A stretch of 64,000 nucleotides of DNA. It comes from an uncultured Oscillospiraceae bacterium. GTDB taxonomy: Bacteria; Bacillota; Clostridia; Oscillospirales; Oscillospiraceae. This document shows, piece by piece, positions 52,978 through 60,919 of this stretch. The notes beneath the pieces were generated by a model, which did not search any database, was not told the DNA's origin, and worked only from the letters and a program-made list of their open reading frames with translations. Position 1 is the first letter of the stretch. The number at the start of each line of letters is the position of its first letter. The translations under genes and the position numbers were made by a program. The DNA lies in the NCBI GenBank assembly GCA_964446815.1, contig CAYUQN010000002.1, positions 5,463 to 69,462 on the forward strand, written 5' to 3'.

Positions 52978-53438
52978 TTGTGCCTCCCAAAATGCTTTTT
53001 GAGCCGTGACACCGCTCCCAGGATCGAACGCCTGTGTCCGAAGCTGAGGCTCCAGAGTCTTTTGTAAAATATCCACACGGGGCTTTGAGTTCCTATCTGC
53101 TTGCCCTTTCGTCTTGCCCTGAGGGCGATAGCAAATACGCTGTCCGCTGCAATGGGGCCCTCGAGCTCATCCTGTGCATCTCCGGAAAACCACAAGCCGT
53201 CGCCGTCTGATTTTCTCAGGCGATGCAATATCCATCGACCGTTTGAGCGCCTGTACAGCAAAATGTCCCCACGCTTAAAGGCTTCCTTGGGCTTTGTAAG
53301 CCACACCGCATCCCTGCCGGGGTACAAAAACGGAAGCATACTTGCACCGCTTACCGAAAGCGGAAGCTCCGCTCCCTCATTCAGAAGCTCGATATATTCC
53401 GGCATAAGCTCATCGGGGGAAAGGATCCTCTTTTTCAT
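52974..53438 (-). CDS. S24/S26-like serine peptidase fold protein with no N-terminal TM segment
   Basis: It has the motifs SGASMLPFL, then RGDILLY, then WILHRL. Both its start and its stop overlap the neighbouring genes by 4 nt. Confidence 0.6.
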   Translation of the reverse strand: MKKRILSPDELMPEYIELLNEGAELPLSVSGASMLPFLYPGRDAVWLTKPKEAFKRGDILLYRRSNGRWILHRLRKSDGDGLWFSGDAQDELEGPIAADSVFAIALRARRKGKQIGTQSPVWIFYKRLWSLSFGHRRSILGAVSRLKKHFGRHK

Positions 53439-55147
53439 CGGCTCTCCTCCGTCAGCTTCGTTCCGCTGAGTCTATAGCGTCTGTCGCAGAAATCGGCGGT
53501 CTGCGGTCTGTGAGTTATGATTATGATGGTTCGGCTCTTGCCGCTTTGCTTGAGATTGTTTAAGAGCTTAAGCTCCGTTTCCTCATCGAGAGCACTCGTT
53601 GCCTCGTCAAGAAGCAGAACGGGAGCATCCAAAAGCAGTGCCCTTGCTATCGCGATACGCTGTGCCTGACCCTCCGAAAAGCCTCGACCCAGCTCACCCG
53701 TATCGCTGTTTACGCCCTTGGGGAGCTTCGAAACGAAGTCAAAGGCACAGGCAAGCTTCAGTGCATCCTCTATCATCGCGTCGCTTGCATCGGGTCGCAC
53801 CATACGCAGATTGTCCGCCACCGTGCCGGCAAGCACCGTATTGCCCTGAGGTACGTAGGCAAATGCCCTCCTCGTTGCGGCGGAAAGCTTCATCTCCTCG
53901 CCATTTACCCTCAGCACCGCCTCACCGCTTTTCGGCTTAATGAGACCCAGAATCAGCCGGATCATCGTGGTCTTGCCCTCACCGGAGGCACCTGTCAGTG
54001 CGACCGTATCGCCCATTTTTGCGTCAAAGCATATATCCTCAAGCACCGTCTCACCGTTTGCGTAGGCAAAATCGACGTTTCTCAGCTCAAGCTCACAGCT
54101 TTCGGGAACGTCTATGTTCTCTCTCGCACCGTCCTCCTCCGGGAGCTCCGTCACCGCCATGATCCTGCCTGCGGAGGTCGTAACGGATATTGCCGAGGGT
54201 ACAAGGCCTATCAGCGTCGTAAACGATGAACGGAGCATATTCGTAAGCTGCAAGAACATCGTCAGCGTACCGAAGGATATGAAGCCCGTCCACAGTCTGT
54301 ACACTCCCCAGCCGAAGCAGCCCACGGATATGCACAGTCCCAAAACCGACATGACCATGCTTGCGATAACGGAAAATCTGTTGTACTCCAAAAGTGCCTT
54401 GCGGTAGCTCTCCTGCATATCTGTCATCCTGTCACGGAAGCCGTCCATCACGCCGAAGGCTTTTATGGACACAAGATTGCGGAAGGAGTCCTCATGAAAG
54501 GACATGACCCGGCTTCCGATCTCCTTCATCCTTGAGCTGTACTCTCGCATTCTTGCGACTATTGCCCTTGAGCAGATGACGGAAAGCGGAACGCCTATAA
54601 GAGCTATCAGAGCCATGGTGCTGTCGAAAAACAGGATGATGACCAAAGCACCCAAAAACTGAACGCTTCCCGATACAAGGGATGGCAAAAGGCTTGTAAC
54701 ACCCGATGCAACGGTGTTTACATCGCCGTTTAGCCTGTTTATAAGGTCTCCGCTTCGAAAGCTTTCGAGCGATTCCCAGTCGGTGCGGAGCATACGGTCA
54801 TATACCTCCGCCTGGATGCCGTTTTGCACTCTGATATTTATAATGGCTGCGATCCGTGATGCGGCAGCCTGCATAAGAACGCTGCCGAGCATGAGTCCCA
54901 CCATCAGGGAGGCCGCCAAAACGATACCGCCCGTGTCAAAGCCGGTCACAACGTCTATAAGCTTTTTCATTGCAAGACCGGAGAGCAGGGACATGAGCGT
55001 TCCCATAACGCCGAGAAGGATATGGATAATGACGGCGGCACGGTAGCGGCGGAAATACTTCAGCATCCACCGTGTCTCACTCCACATTTCTTTGAAGTAG
55101 CCTTCCCGTATTTTACTTTTCAGCTTTTGCGAAAACCTCATGTGCAT
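53435..55147 (-). CDS. ABC exporter, fused permease/ATPase (MsbA/type I exporter-like), no C39 peptidase domain
   Basis: It has a 6-TM domain, Walker A GASGEGKTT, signature FSEGQAQR, and Walker B LLLDEATSALD. Confidence 0.9.
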   Translation of the reverse strand: MHMRFSQKLKSKIREGYFKEMWSETRWMLKYFRRYRAAVIIHILLGVMGTLMSLLSGLAMKKLIDVVTGFDTGGIVLAASLMVGLMLGSVLMQAAASRIAAIINIRVQNGIQAEVYDRMLRTDWESLESFRSGDLINRLNGDVNTVASGVTSLLPSLVSGSVQFLGALVIILFFDSTMALIALIGVPLSVICSRAIVARMREYSSRMKEIGSRVMSFHEDSFRNLVSIKAFGVMDGFRDRMTDMQESYRKALLEYNRFSVIASMVMSVLGLCISVGCFGWGVYRLWTGFISFGTLTMFLQLTNMLRSSFTTLIGLVPSAISVTTSAGRIMAVTELPEEDGARENIDVPESCELELRNVDFAYANGETVLEDICFDAKMGDTVALTGASGEGKTTMIRLILGLIKPKSGEAVLRVNGEEMKLSAATRRAFAYVPQGNTVLAGTVADNLRMVRPDASDAMIEDALKLACAFDFVSKLPKGVNSDTGELGRGFSEGQAQRIAIARALLLDAPVLLLDEATSALDEETELKLLNNLKQSGKSRTIIIITHRPQTADFCDRRYRLSGTKLTEESR

Positions 55148-55303
55148 ACTCCGCCCATTATCATTGCAATACAGATTATTTTATCATATTTTGGTGATTT
55201 GGCAATACTATATTATATATAAATTTATCCTCCCCCTGCAAATTTTCACCCCACCGGCAAAGCAGTAAATACTTACTCAGCACACTCACTTGTGCAAGGC
55301 GAC

Positions 55304-55339
55304 AAAAAAAGAAAAGCTCCATGACCTTTATCATGGAGC
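55304..55339 (-). terminator. Rho-independent terminator directly after the 43-aa peptide gene
   Basis: On the minus strand: GCTCCATGAtaaaggTCATGGAGC followed by TTTTCTTTTTTT. Confidence 0.7.
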
Positions 55340-55360
55340 GTTTCTTTTCTAATAATAAAA

Positions 55361-55492
55361 TTAAGCCTTGTAGCCCTGAATGGCACCGATGAGACCCTCA
55401 ATGTAGGTGGGGATCCAACCGAGAAGATCCTTTACGAGGTTGAGCTTATCCTCAATTGCCAGACGGACATCTTCGTCAATATGAATGCACAT
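55361..55492 (-). CDS. 43-aa amphipathic peptide (MCIHIDEDVRLAIEDKLNLVKDLLGWIPTYIEGLIGAIQGYKA)
   Basis: The internal ATG of the 67-aa ORF is preceded by a strong AGGAGGA Shine-Dalgarno sequence 5 nt upstream. The gene has its own terminator and lies just upstream of the ABC exporter operon on the same strand. Confidence 0.55.
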   Translation of the reverse strand: MCIHIDEDVRLAIEDKLNLVKDLLGWIPTYIEGLIGAIQGYKA

Positions 55493-55604
55493 GGTACTTC
55501 CTCCTAAAATTATTGTTCGGATGTTATAACTATACCACAAACCGATGCAATTTGTAAATAACAATTTTTACTTTGGCTCAAAAAAGAGCATTTTGGGAAA
55601 AAAA

Positions 55605-56879
55605 TCAGTCGTCAAGCATGATTTCGAGTATTTCGCTGTCCGTTTCCTTCATGCCTTCCCTTGCAAGCTTGCCCACACTTTCGATGGTTTTCTCGACATC
55701 GTCCTTGATTATACCGTCACCGCCGTGGAGACCCTTGCCCTTTTCGTAAAGGTCAAATCCCAAAAGTCCTGCCTCGACCGCAGATGCTATTTTAGTTGCA
55801 CAGGAGGGCTTTGCACCGTCACACACGGTACCGGAGATCATTCCGAGGGTGTTGGTTATCGTTGAGGACACCGCCTCATAGCTGCCGTCGCACAGCCATG
55901 CGACACCTGCCGCGGCACCGCAGCCTGCGGATACCGCACCGCAGAACGCCGACAGTCTGCCGATGGGGGTCTTCTGATGTATGGTAATGAGGTTGGATAT
56001 AACAAGTGCTCTGAGCAGCTTTTCACGGCATACGCCCATATCCTGAGCGTAAACGATAACGGGCAAGGAAGCCGTCATGCCCTGATTGCCGCTGCCGGAC
56101 ACGATGACAACGGGGAGCTCACAGCCGCTCATTCTGGCATCCGAGCCTGCCGCCGCCTGTGCTCTCGCACGGACTCGCACATCGTCTCCCCTCGTCATGA
56201 GCAGGGTCTTACCTATCGATGCGCCGTATTCGCCCTTGAGTCCTTCCTCGGATATTGCATAGTTATATTCTATCTGCTTTTCAAGCATCTCACGGACATC
56301 ATTGAGATCGACACATTCGGCAAACTCAACGATCTCCTTTACGTTCAGCACGCTGCGATCCGTCTCGCCGCCGTCGGAATCCGCTTCCTCGGCACGGAGC
56401 AGCACCTCACCGTTTTTCTCAACGAGAACGATATTGGTGTGATAATCCGCAATACGCAAACGCACCCTATCCGTTCCCTTGTAAAGGCAGAGGTCAATAT
56501 CCAAAAGCTTGGGGCTCTCCGATTTCATGACCGTCATGGGGCAGGAATCCATAAGCTCTTTTATAAGATGGATATCCTCCTCACGAACCTCCGCCAGAAC
56601 CTCAAGCTGCTTTTCGGCATCGCCTACCGCAACACCGGCTGCCACCGCTGCGGCAATACCCTTGAGTCCCCCTGTATTCGGGACTACTACGCTCTTGACG
56701 TTTTTGATGATGTTACCGCTTATGACAACATCTATCTTGTCGGGTATCGCTCCCAGAACCTCTCTCGCTTTTGCGGCGGCATACGCCATTGCGATAGGCT
56801 CCGTACAGCCCATTGCGGGGATAAGCTCTTCCCTGAGGATCTGCAAATACTGACCGTATTTCTTATCGCCCTTTTCCAT
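55605..56879 (-). CDS. L-cysteine desulfidase family protein (YhaM/CyuA, UPF0597)
   Basis: Blocks match E. coli YhaM: AMGCTEPIA, SGSGNQGMTASLPV and CDGAKPSCATKIASA. Confidence 0.8.
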   Translation of the reverse strand: MEKGDKKYGQYLQILREELIPAMGCTEPIAMAYAAAKAREVLGAIPDKIDVVISGNIIKNVKSVVVPNTGGLKGIAAAVAAGVAVGDAEKQLEVLAEVREEDIHLIKELMDSCPMTVMKSESPKLLDIDLCLYKGTDRVRLRIADYHTNIVLVEKNGEVLLRAEEADSDGGETDRSVLNVKEIVEFAECVDLNDVREMLEKQIEYNYAISEEGLKGEYGASIGKTLLMTRGDDVRVRARAQAAAGSDARMSGCELPVVIVSGSGNQGMTASLPVIVYAQDMGVCREKLLRALVISNLITIHQKTPIGRLSAFCGAVSAGCGAAAGVAWLCDGSYEAVSSTITNTLGMISGTVCDGAKPSCATKIASAVEAGLLGFDLYEKGKGLHGGDGIIKDDVEKTIESVGKLAREGMKETDSEILEIMLDD

Positions 56880-57064
56880 AAAAAATCTCCTTCCTATCTG
56901 TTTTTTTCGTTCTTTTTAACCATTATAACAAATCGAAGTAAATTTGTATAGTTATTTTCTTCTATTCTTTGTGACAGTTAATTGTCAAAATAGCTTGTAA
57001 ATTGTCAACAAGGTGTGGTATAATGAACAAACCGTGAATTAATTTTAGTTTTGAGGTGTTTCTT

Positions 57065-57688
57065 TTGATCGGCTTTTACAATTACACCGTATGGCTGACC
57101 TATGTAGGTATGCTTTCTTCCGTCATCGGTATCACCCTCGCTTGCGGAGGCCATCCCGTTGCCGCAGTCATATGTCTCATGTTCTCCGGCCTTTGCGATA
57201 TGTTCGACGGTATCGTTGCCCGTACCAAAAAGGACCGTACAGAGGAGGAACGTAATTACGGTATCCAGCTTGACTCTCTGAGCGATGTCATTTGCTTCGG
57301 CGTTCTCCCCGTTGTCATCGGATACTCCATCGGTGCCGATGCATGGTGGCAGGTCGCCATCATGGCTCTGTTTGCTCTTTGCGGTCTTATCAGACTTGCA
57401 TATTATAATGTCACCGAGGAGACCCGTCAGAAAACCGAGACGAGTAAGCGTAAGCATTACCTCGGTGTACCCATTACCACCTCCTCTTTAAGCGTTCCCC
57501 TCGTGTTCTGCTTCAGAGGACTTTTGGGTGCCGCCTTCCCCTATGTGTACACCGCATTGCTCCTGGTAAACGGTGCGTTCTACATTCTGCCCATTCAGGT
57601 GAAAAAGCCCGGCAAAACCGGTCTTGTGATCATGCTCCTGCTCGGCATAATCTTCACCGCTGCGATCCTGATCTCGCATTACATTTGA
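57065..57688 (+). CDS. pssA: CDP-alcohol phosphatidyltransferase, probable phosphatidylserine synthase
   Basis: It uses a TTG start after GAGGTG, giving MIGFYNYTV. It has the motif DMFDGIVAR(x8)GIQLDSLSDVICFG. Confidence 0.75.
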   Translation: MIGFYNYTVWLTYVGMLSSVIGITLACGGHPVAAVICLMFSGLCDMFDGIVARTKKDRTEEERNYGIQLDSLSDVICFGVLPVVIGYSIGADAWWQVAIMALFALCGLIRLAYYNVTEETRQKTETSKRKHYLGVPITTSSLSVPLVFCFRGLLGAAFPYVYTALLLVNGAFYILPIQVKKPGKTGLVIMLLLGIIFTAAILISHYI

Positions 57689-57760
57689 TATTTGACATTA
57701 AGAAAACAGGCGATGTTCCAAATCGGAACATCGCCTGTTTTTACACTTATGGATCACTTC

Positions 57761-58201
57761 TTATTCTACTTCGACTACGCCGTCGTCCTTGATGGTGACG
57801 GTCATACCGGTCTTGACGTATTCGAGGAACTCGTCACCGAGATTGTCGACAACGGGCATTTTTGCCTCGGTCCATACGTCACCGAGGATGGCACCGGATG
57901 CTGCCAGAGGATCGATCTCCTTGGAGAACAGCATACAGGCAGGCTGCTTTTCAAGAGCGCAAACGGTGAAAAGCACCATACCGCCGGTGGTCGAGCCGAT
58001 GGTCATGGGCAGGCACAGTGCCTTGCCGATCATGGGCTTCTTGTAGATCTCGGCGTTATTCTGGTCGCCGCACTTCATCTTCTTGTCACCGAACATCATG
58101 CCCATCTGATAAGAGGCAAGCGTATTAAAACCGCCGTGGGATACCAGAGCTTCTGCGGTGCAGGTGCCGGGGACAACTACTCTGCCTTTGAAAGTCTTCA
58201 T
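57761..58201 (-). CDS. Aconitase X swivel-domain subunit (DUF126)
   Basis: The start is at MKTFKGRVVVPG, overlapping the upstream stop (ATGA). It has the conserved ..GSTTGG.. block. Confidence 0.75.
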   Translation of the reverse strand: MKTFKGRVVVPGTCTAEALVSHGGFNTLASYQMGMMFGDKKMKCGDQNNAEIYKKPMIGKALCLPMTIGSTTGGMVLFTVCALEKQPACMLFSKEIDPLAASGAILGDVWTEAKMPVVDNLGDEFLEYVKTGMTVTIKDDGVVEVE

Positions 58202-59484
58202 TTCTTTGCCTCCCTCTTGCTTGTGATGGTTTGCAGGATCTCCGCCTCGGTGTAGTAGCGGGCGCTGGTGTAGGTCCTGAGCTTGTTGGAGGATGTGATG
58301 ACTGCCTTGGATTTGCACAGAGGATTGTTCATGTACATAAGAGGGCAAATATAGCTGAGGATAACGCCCATGCTCTTGAGCTTATTGAACTGGGGCGTCT
58401 TCTTGAACTCATTGATAACGGGGGTGGAGGCGGTGAACACCGTGGGAACGGTAACCTTTTTAAGTCCGTTATTATTAAGAGCGGTCTCAACACGCTCGGT
58501 CCAGTCGATGAGCTGGGCATAGGTCATATGGGGGCAGCCTACGAAGCAAAGAGCAGGCTCTGCATCGGGGTTCTTCCAAATGACGGGGTAGTTTGCCTTG
58601 ACTCTCTCGAGCTCGGCATCGTCGATAACATAGACCTTGGCACCCTCGGCAATGAGGCTTTCGCCCTGATCGACCGCTTCGGGAGTGAGGTTTTCAATGT
58701 GGTACAGACCGACTGCACCGTTGGAGGCTGTAGCCGCACCGAAGTCCTTGAGGTAGGTGCAGGCTTCGTCATTGAGCTCGGTGCCTATCCACTTGTCAAG
58801 TCCCTTGACATAGGGCACTTCCTCCATGACCTTCATGCCGATAGCGGAGCCTAAAAGCTGAGCCTCGGGCTTCTTCTCGCACTTGACCTCAACGACCCAG
58901 GTCGCCTTGCGGTTCTCGTCAAGCAGGAGACCGAACTCGGGAACAAAGCCGGCGATCGAGCCCATGAGCTCTATCATACCGGAGTTGCGGTTGCACTTTG
59001 CGCCGAGGACGGAGTTTGCGTACACGACGGCGGAGGATTCCGCCCAGGAGAGCACCTCACCCTTTTGGGGCTTGTTACCTACCTGATCGAGATAGCAGGT
59101 GCAGGTGTAGTCATCGTCGCTGGTTATGCCGAGCTTGCGAAGCTGCTCCTCATAATCATCCTGCTCCGTGTACATGAATTTCTTGAACACGAGATCCTCG
59201 ATAAGGTTGCTGGGAACGTTCTTGTCCAGAGGCTTGGGGTCTGCGGTGAATTTCTGATCGGAGACAAGTCCTGCGTCGATTATCTGCTGATACAGATCAT
59301 ACACGGGCTTCATGACCTTCAGTCCGAAGCTTATGACCGTGTGACCGTACTTTGAGCTGATCGGCACCATTCTCTCGGCACCGAAGGTCTCTCCGTACAT
59401 AACAAGGGTCTTTACGACCTTTGCCATTGTTTCGCCCTTTTCGCCGTTTAACATTGCCTGTTGCTCAGGCGTAAGTTTCATCAA
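58198..59484 (-). CDS. Aconitase X catalytic subunit (DUF521)
   Basis: It has MKLTPEQQAMLNGEKGETMAKVVKTLVMYGETFGAERM, typical of AcnX large subunits, at 428 aa. Confidence 0.75.
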   Translation of the reverse strand: MMKLTPEQQAMLNGEKGETMAKVVKTLVMYGETFGAERMVPISSKYGHTVISFGLKVMKPVYDLYQQIIDAGLVSDQKFTADPKPLDKNVPSNLIEDLVFKKFMYTEQDDYEEQLRKLGITSDDDYTCTCYLDQVGNKPQKGEVLSWAESSAVVYANSVLGAKCNRNSGMIELMGSIAGFVPEFGLLLDENRKATWVVEVKCEKKPEAQLLGSAIGMKVMEEVPYVKGLDKWIGTELNDEACTYLKDFGAATASNGAVGLYHIENLTPEAVDQGESLIAEGAKVYVIDDAELERVKANYPVIWKNPDAEPALCFVGCPHMTYAQLIDWTERVETALNNNGLKKVTVPTVFTASTPVINEFKKTPQFNKLKSMGVILSYICPLMYMNNPLCKSKAVITSSNKLRTYTSARYYTEAEILQTITSKREAKK

Positions 59485-59609
59485 AACTGATCATCCCTTT
59501 CTTTGTTTGTCATGTGTTTAACAATTCAATTGTATACCAAGTGTATAGCTTTGTCAACAAAACAAATACCGCATTTCGGGAATTTTCTTCCGAAATGCGG
59601 TAATCGCTT

Positions 59610-60053
59610 TCATTTGAGGGCATCGGCCTCGGGCATCATTTCATTTGAAATACGGTCGAGAAGCTGACCGAAAAGGGCGGACTCCTCCGCAGTGAAGCCT
59701 TCCCTCATTCTCGAGGTCACGGTCTCGACATAGCTACGCATAATATCGGTGTAGCCGTAGTACTTATCCGAGAGGACAAGGTGGTATTCCCGTCTGTCGG
59801 TCTCGGAATTTTGGCGTATCAGATAGCCTTTTTTGATAAGATTATTGACCTTATAGGTTGCGTTCGACTGCGATATATTGAGAAACTCGGCAAACTGCCC
59901 GACTGTCGGCTCATGCAGAGCATGGATGACCTCGATCGAAAACGCCTCCATCGCCGTAAGCGAGCCCTCACGCTCACGCACAAGCTCGAATATCCGCCTG
60001 AAAAACTCCAGCTTGAACTTGTCGTAAACCTCGATAAAGCTTTTCTCCATCAT
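59610..60053 (-). CDS. MarR family transcriptional regulator
   Basis: It has a winged HTH (GQFAEFLNISQSNATYKVNNLIKKGYLIRQNSETDRREY). The start is set at MMEKSF, after GGGGGA. A terminator hairpin follows at ~59568-59600. Confidence 0.8.
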   Translation of the reverse strand: MMEKSFIEVYDKFKLEFFRRIFELVREREGSLTAMEAFSIEVIHALHEPTVGQFAEFLNISQSNATYKVNNLIKKGYLIRQNSETDRREYHLVLSDKYYGYTDIMRSYVETVTSRMREGFTAEESALFGQLLDRISNEMMPEADALK

Positions 60054-60175
60054 TATGTTTTTCCCCCGTTTAAACATCTGTCAAAAAACTATACTGTCAT
60101 TCTAATATAATTTTGACTTTTTGTAAAGCCGAAAATGCCATGTTAATTTTCGTTGCTTGCCTAAATCGGGGAGTA

Positions 60176-60487
60176 TCAGGCAAGTCGGAGTCCGACTACG
60201 CCGAGCAAAACCGCTGCGATGCAGATGAGCTTTCTTTTGCTTTTGCTTTCTTTGAAAACGAGGATTCCGAACACTACATTTAGCACCGTGCCGAGTCCTG
60301 TCCATACCGCATAGGCAGGGCCTAAGGGCAAAGTTTTTACCGCTATCGACAAAAGCCCAATGCTGCAAAGCACGCTTATTACGGTGAGCACGGTATACTT
60401 TACGTTTTTGAGTCCGTCACTGAGCTTCATAAATACGGTGAACGCCAGCTCGAACACCGACGCACCTATGACCACTGCCCACATCAT
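60176..60487 (-). CDS. SMR family transporter subunit (paired, Gdx/SugE-like)
   Basis: This 103-aa protein has 4 TM segments and the conserved Glu in TM1 (SVFELAF). Its start overlaps the partner's stop (ATGA). Confidence 0.8.
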   Translation of the reverse strand: MMWAVVIGASVFELAFTVFMKLSDGLKNVKYTVLTVISVLCSIGLLSIAVKTLPLGPAYAVWTGLGTVLNVVFGILVFKESKSKRKLICIAAVLLGVVGLRLA

Positions 60488-60819
60488 GCCTTGTCCTCCG
60501 TTTTTATCCCGATTATGCCGCCGCAAAGCAGTATAAGCGACACGATTTTGAGTACGCTCACCGCCTCATGGAGCAGGAAAATTCCCTCGATCGCCGTACC
60601 GACGATACCGATTCCGGTGAACACGGCATAGCTTGTGCCTATACCGAGGGTCTTGACCGACTTTGCAAGCAAAAAGAAGCCGATCACGAGCACTGCCACC
60701 GTGATTACGGACGGTAGCAGCACCGTAAAGCCGTGGCTGAGCTTCATCGTATATGCCCAGATCGGCTCACTGATACCGGCAAGAAGCAGGCATATCCATG
60801 CCTTGGATCTATCGTTCAT
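60484..60819 (-). CDS. SMR family transporter subunit (Gdx/SugE-like)
   Basis: It has AWICLLLAGISEPIWAYTMKLSHGFTVLLPSVITV...YAVFTGIG, which closely follows the E. coli SugE pattern. Confidence 0.85.
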   Translation of the reverse strand: MNDRSKAWICLLLAGISEPIWAYTMKLSHGFTVLLPSVITVAVLVIGFFLLAKSVKTLGIGTSYAVFTGIGIVGTAIEGIFLLHEAVSVLKIVSLILLCGGIIGIKTEDKA

Positions 60820-60821
60820 AG

Positions 60822-60919
60822 CTTTCTCCTTTGTGTAAAAATATCGAAAAGCCCGAGAGAGTACACTTAAACTCTCCCGGGCCTGACCTGTGCAAGGCAC
60901 AGCGGAGGCCTATAAAACC
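60822..60919 (-). promoter_or_regulatory. Candidate riboswitch/attenuator leader of the SMR pair (guanidine-riboswitch-like 3' element plus terminator)
   Basis: The minus-strand RNA reads GGCCU-CCG-[CUGUGCcuuGCACAG]-GUC-AGGCC-CGGGAGAG..CUCUCUCGGG-CUUUUCG. The GCCCGGGAGA box overlaps the 5' arm of a terminator hairpin (60852-60881), about 30 nt before the Shine-Dalgarno sequence. Confidence 0.4.

Noticed and set aside
55493-55564. The longer 67-aa version of the small peptide ORF (start MLFTNCIGLWYSYN...)
   Set aside because: The upstream ATG has no ribosome-binding site, and the extra residues are encoded by the AGGAGGA Shine-Dalgarno region itself. The internal ATG at 55492 is the supported start.
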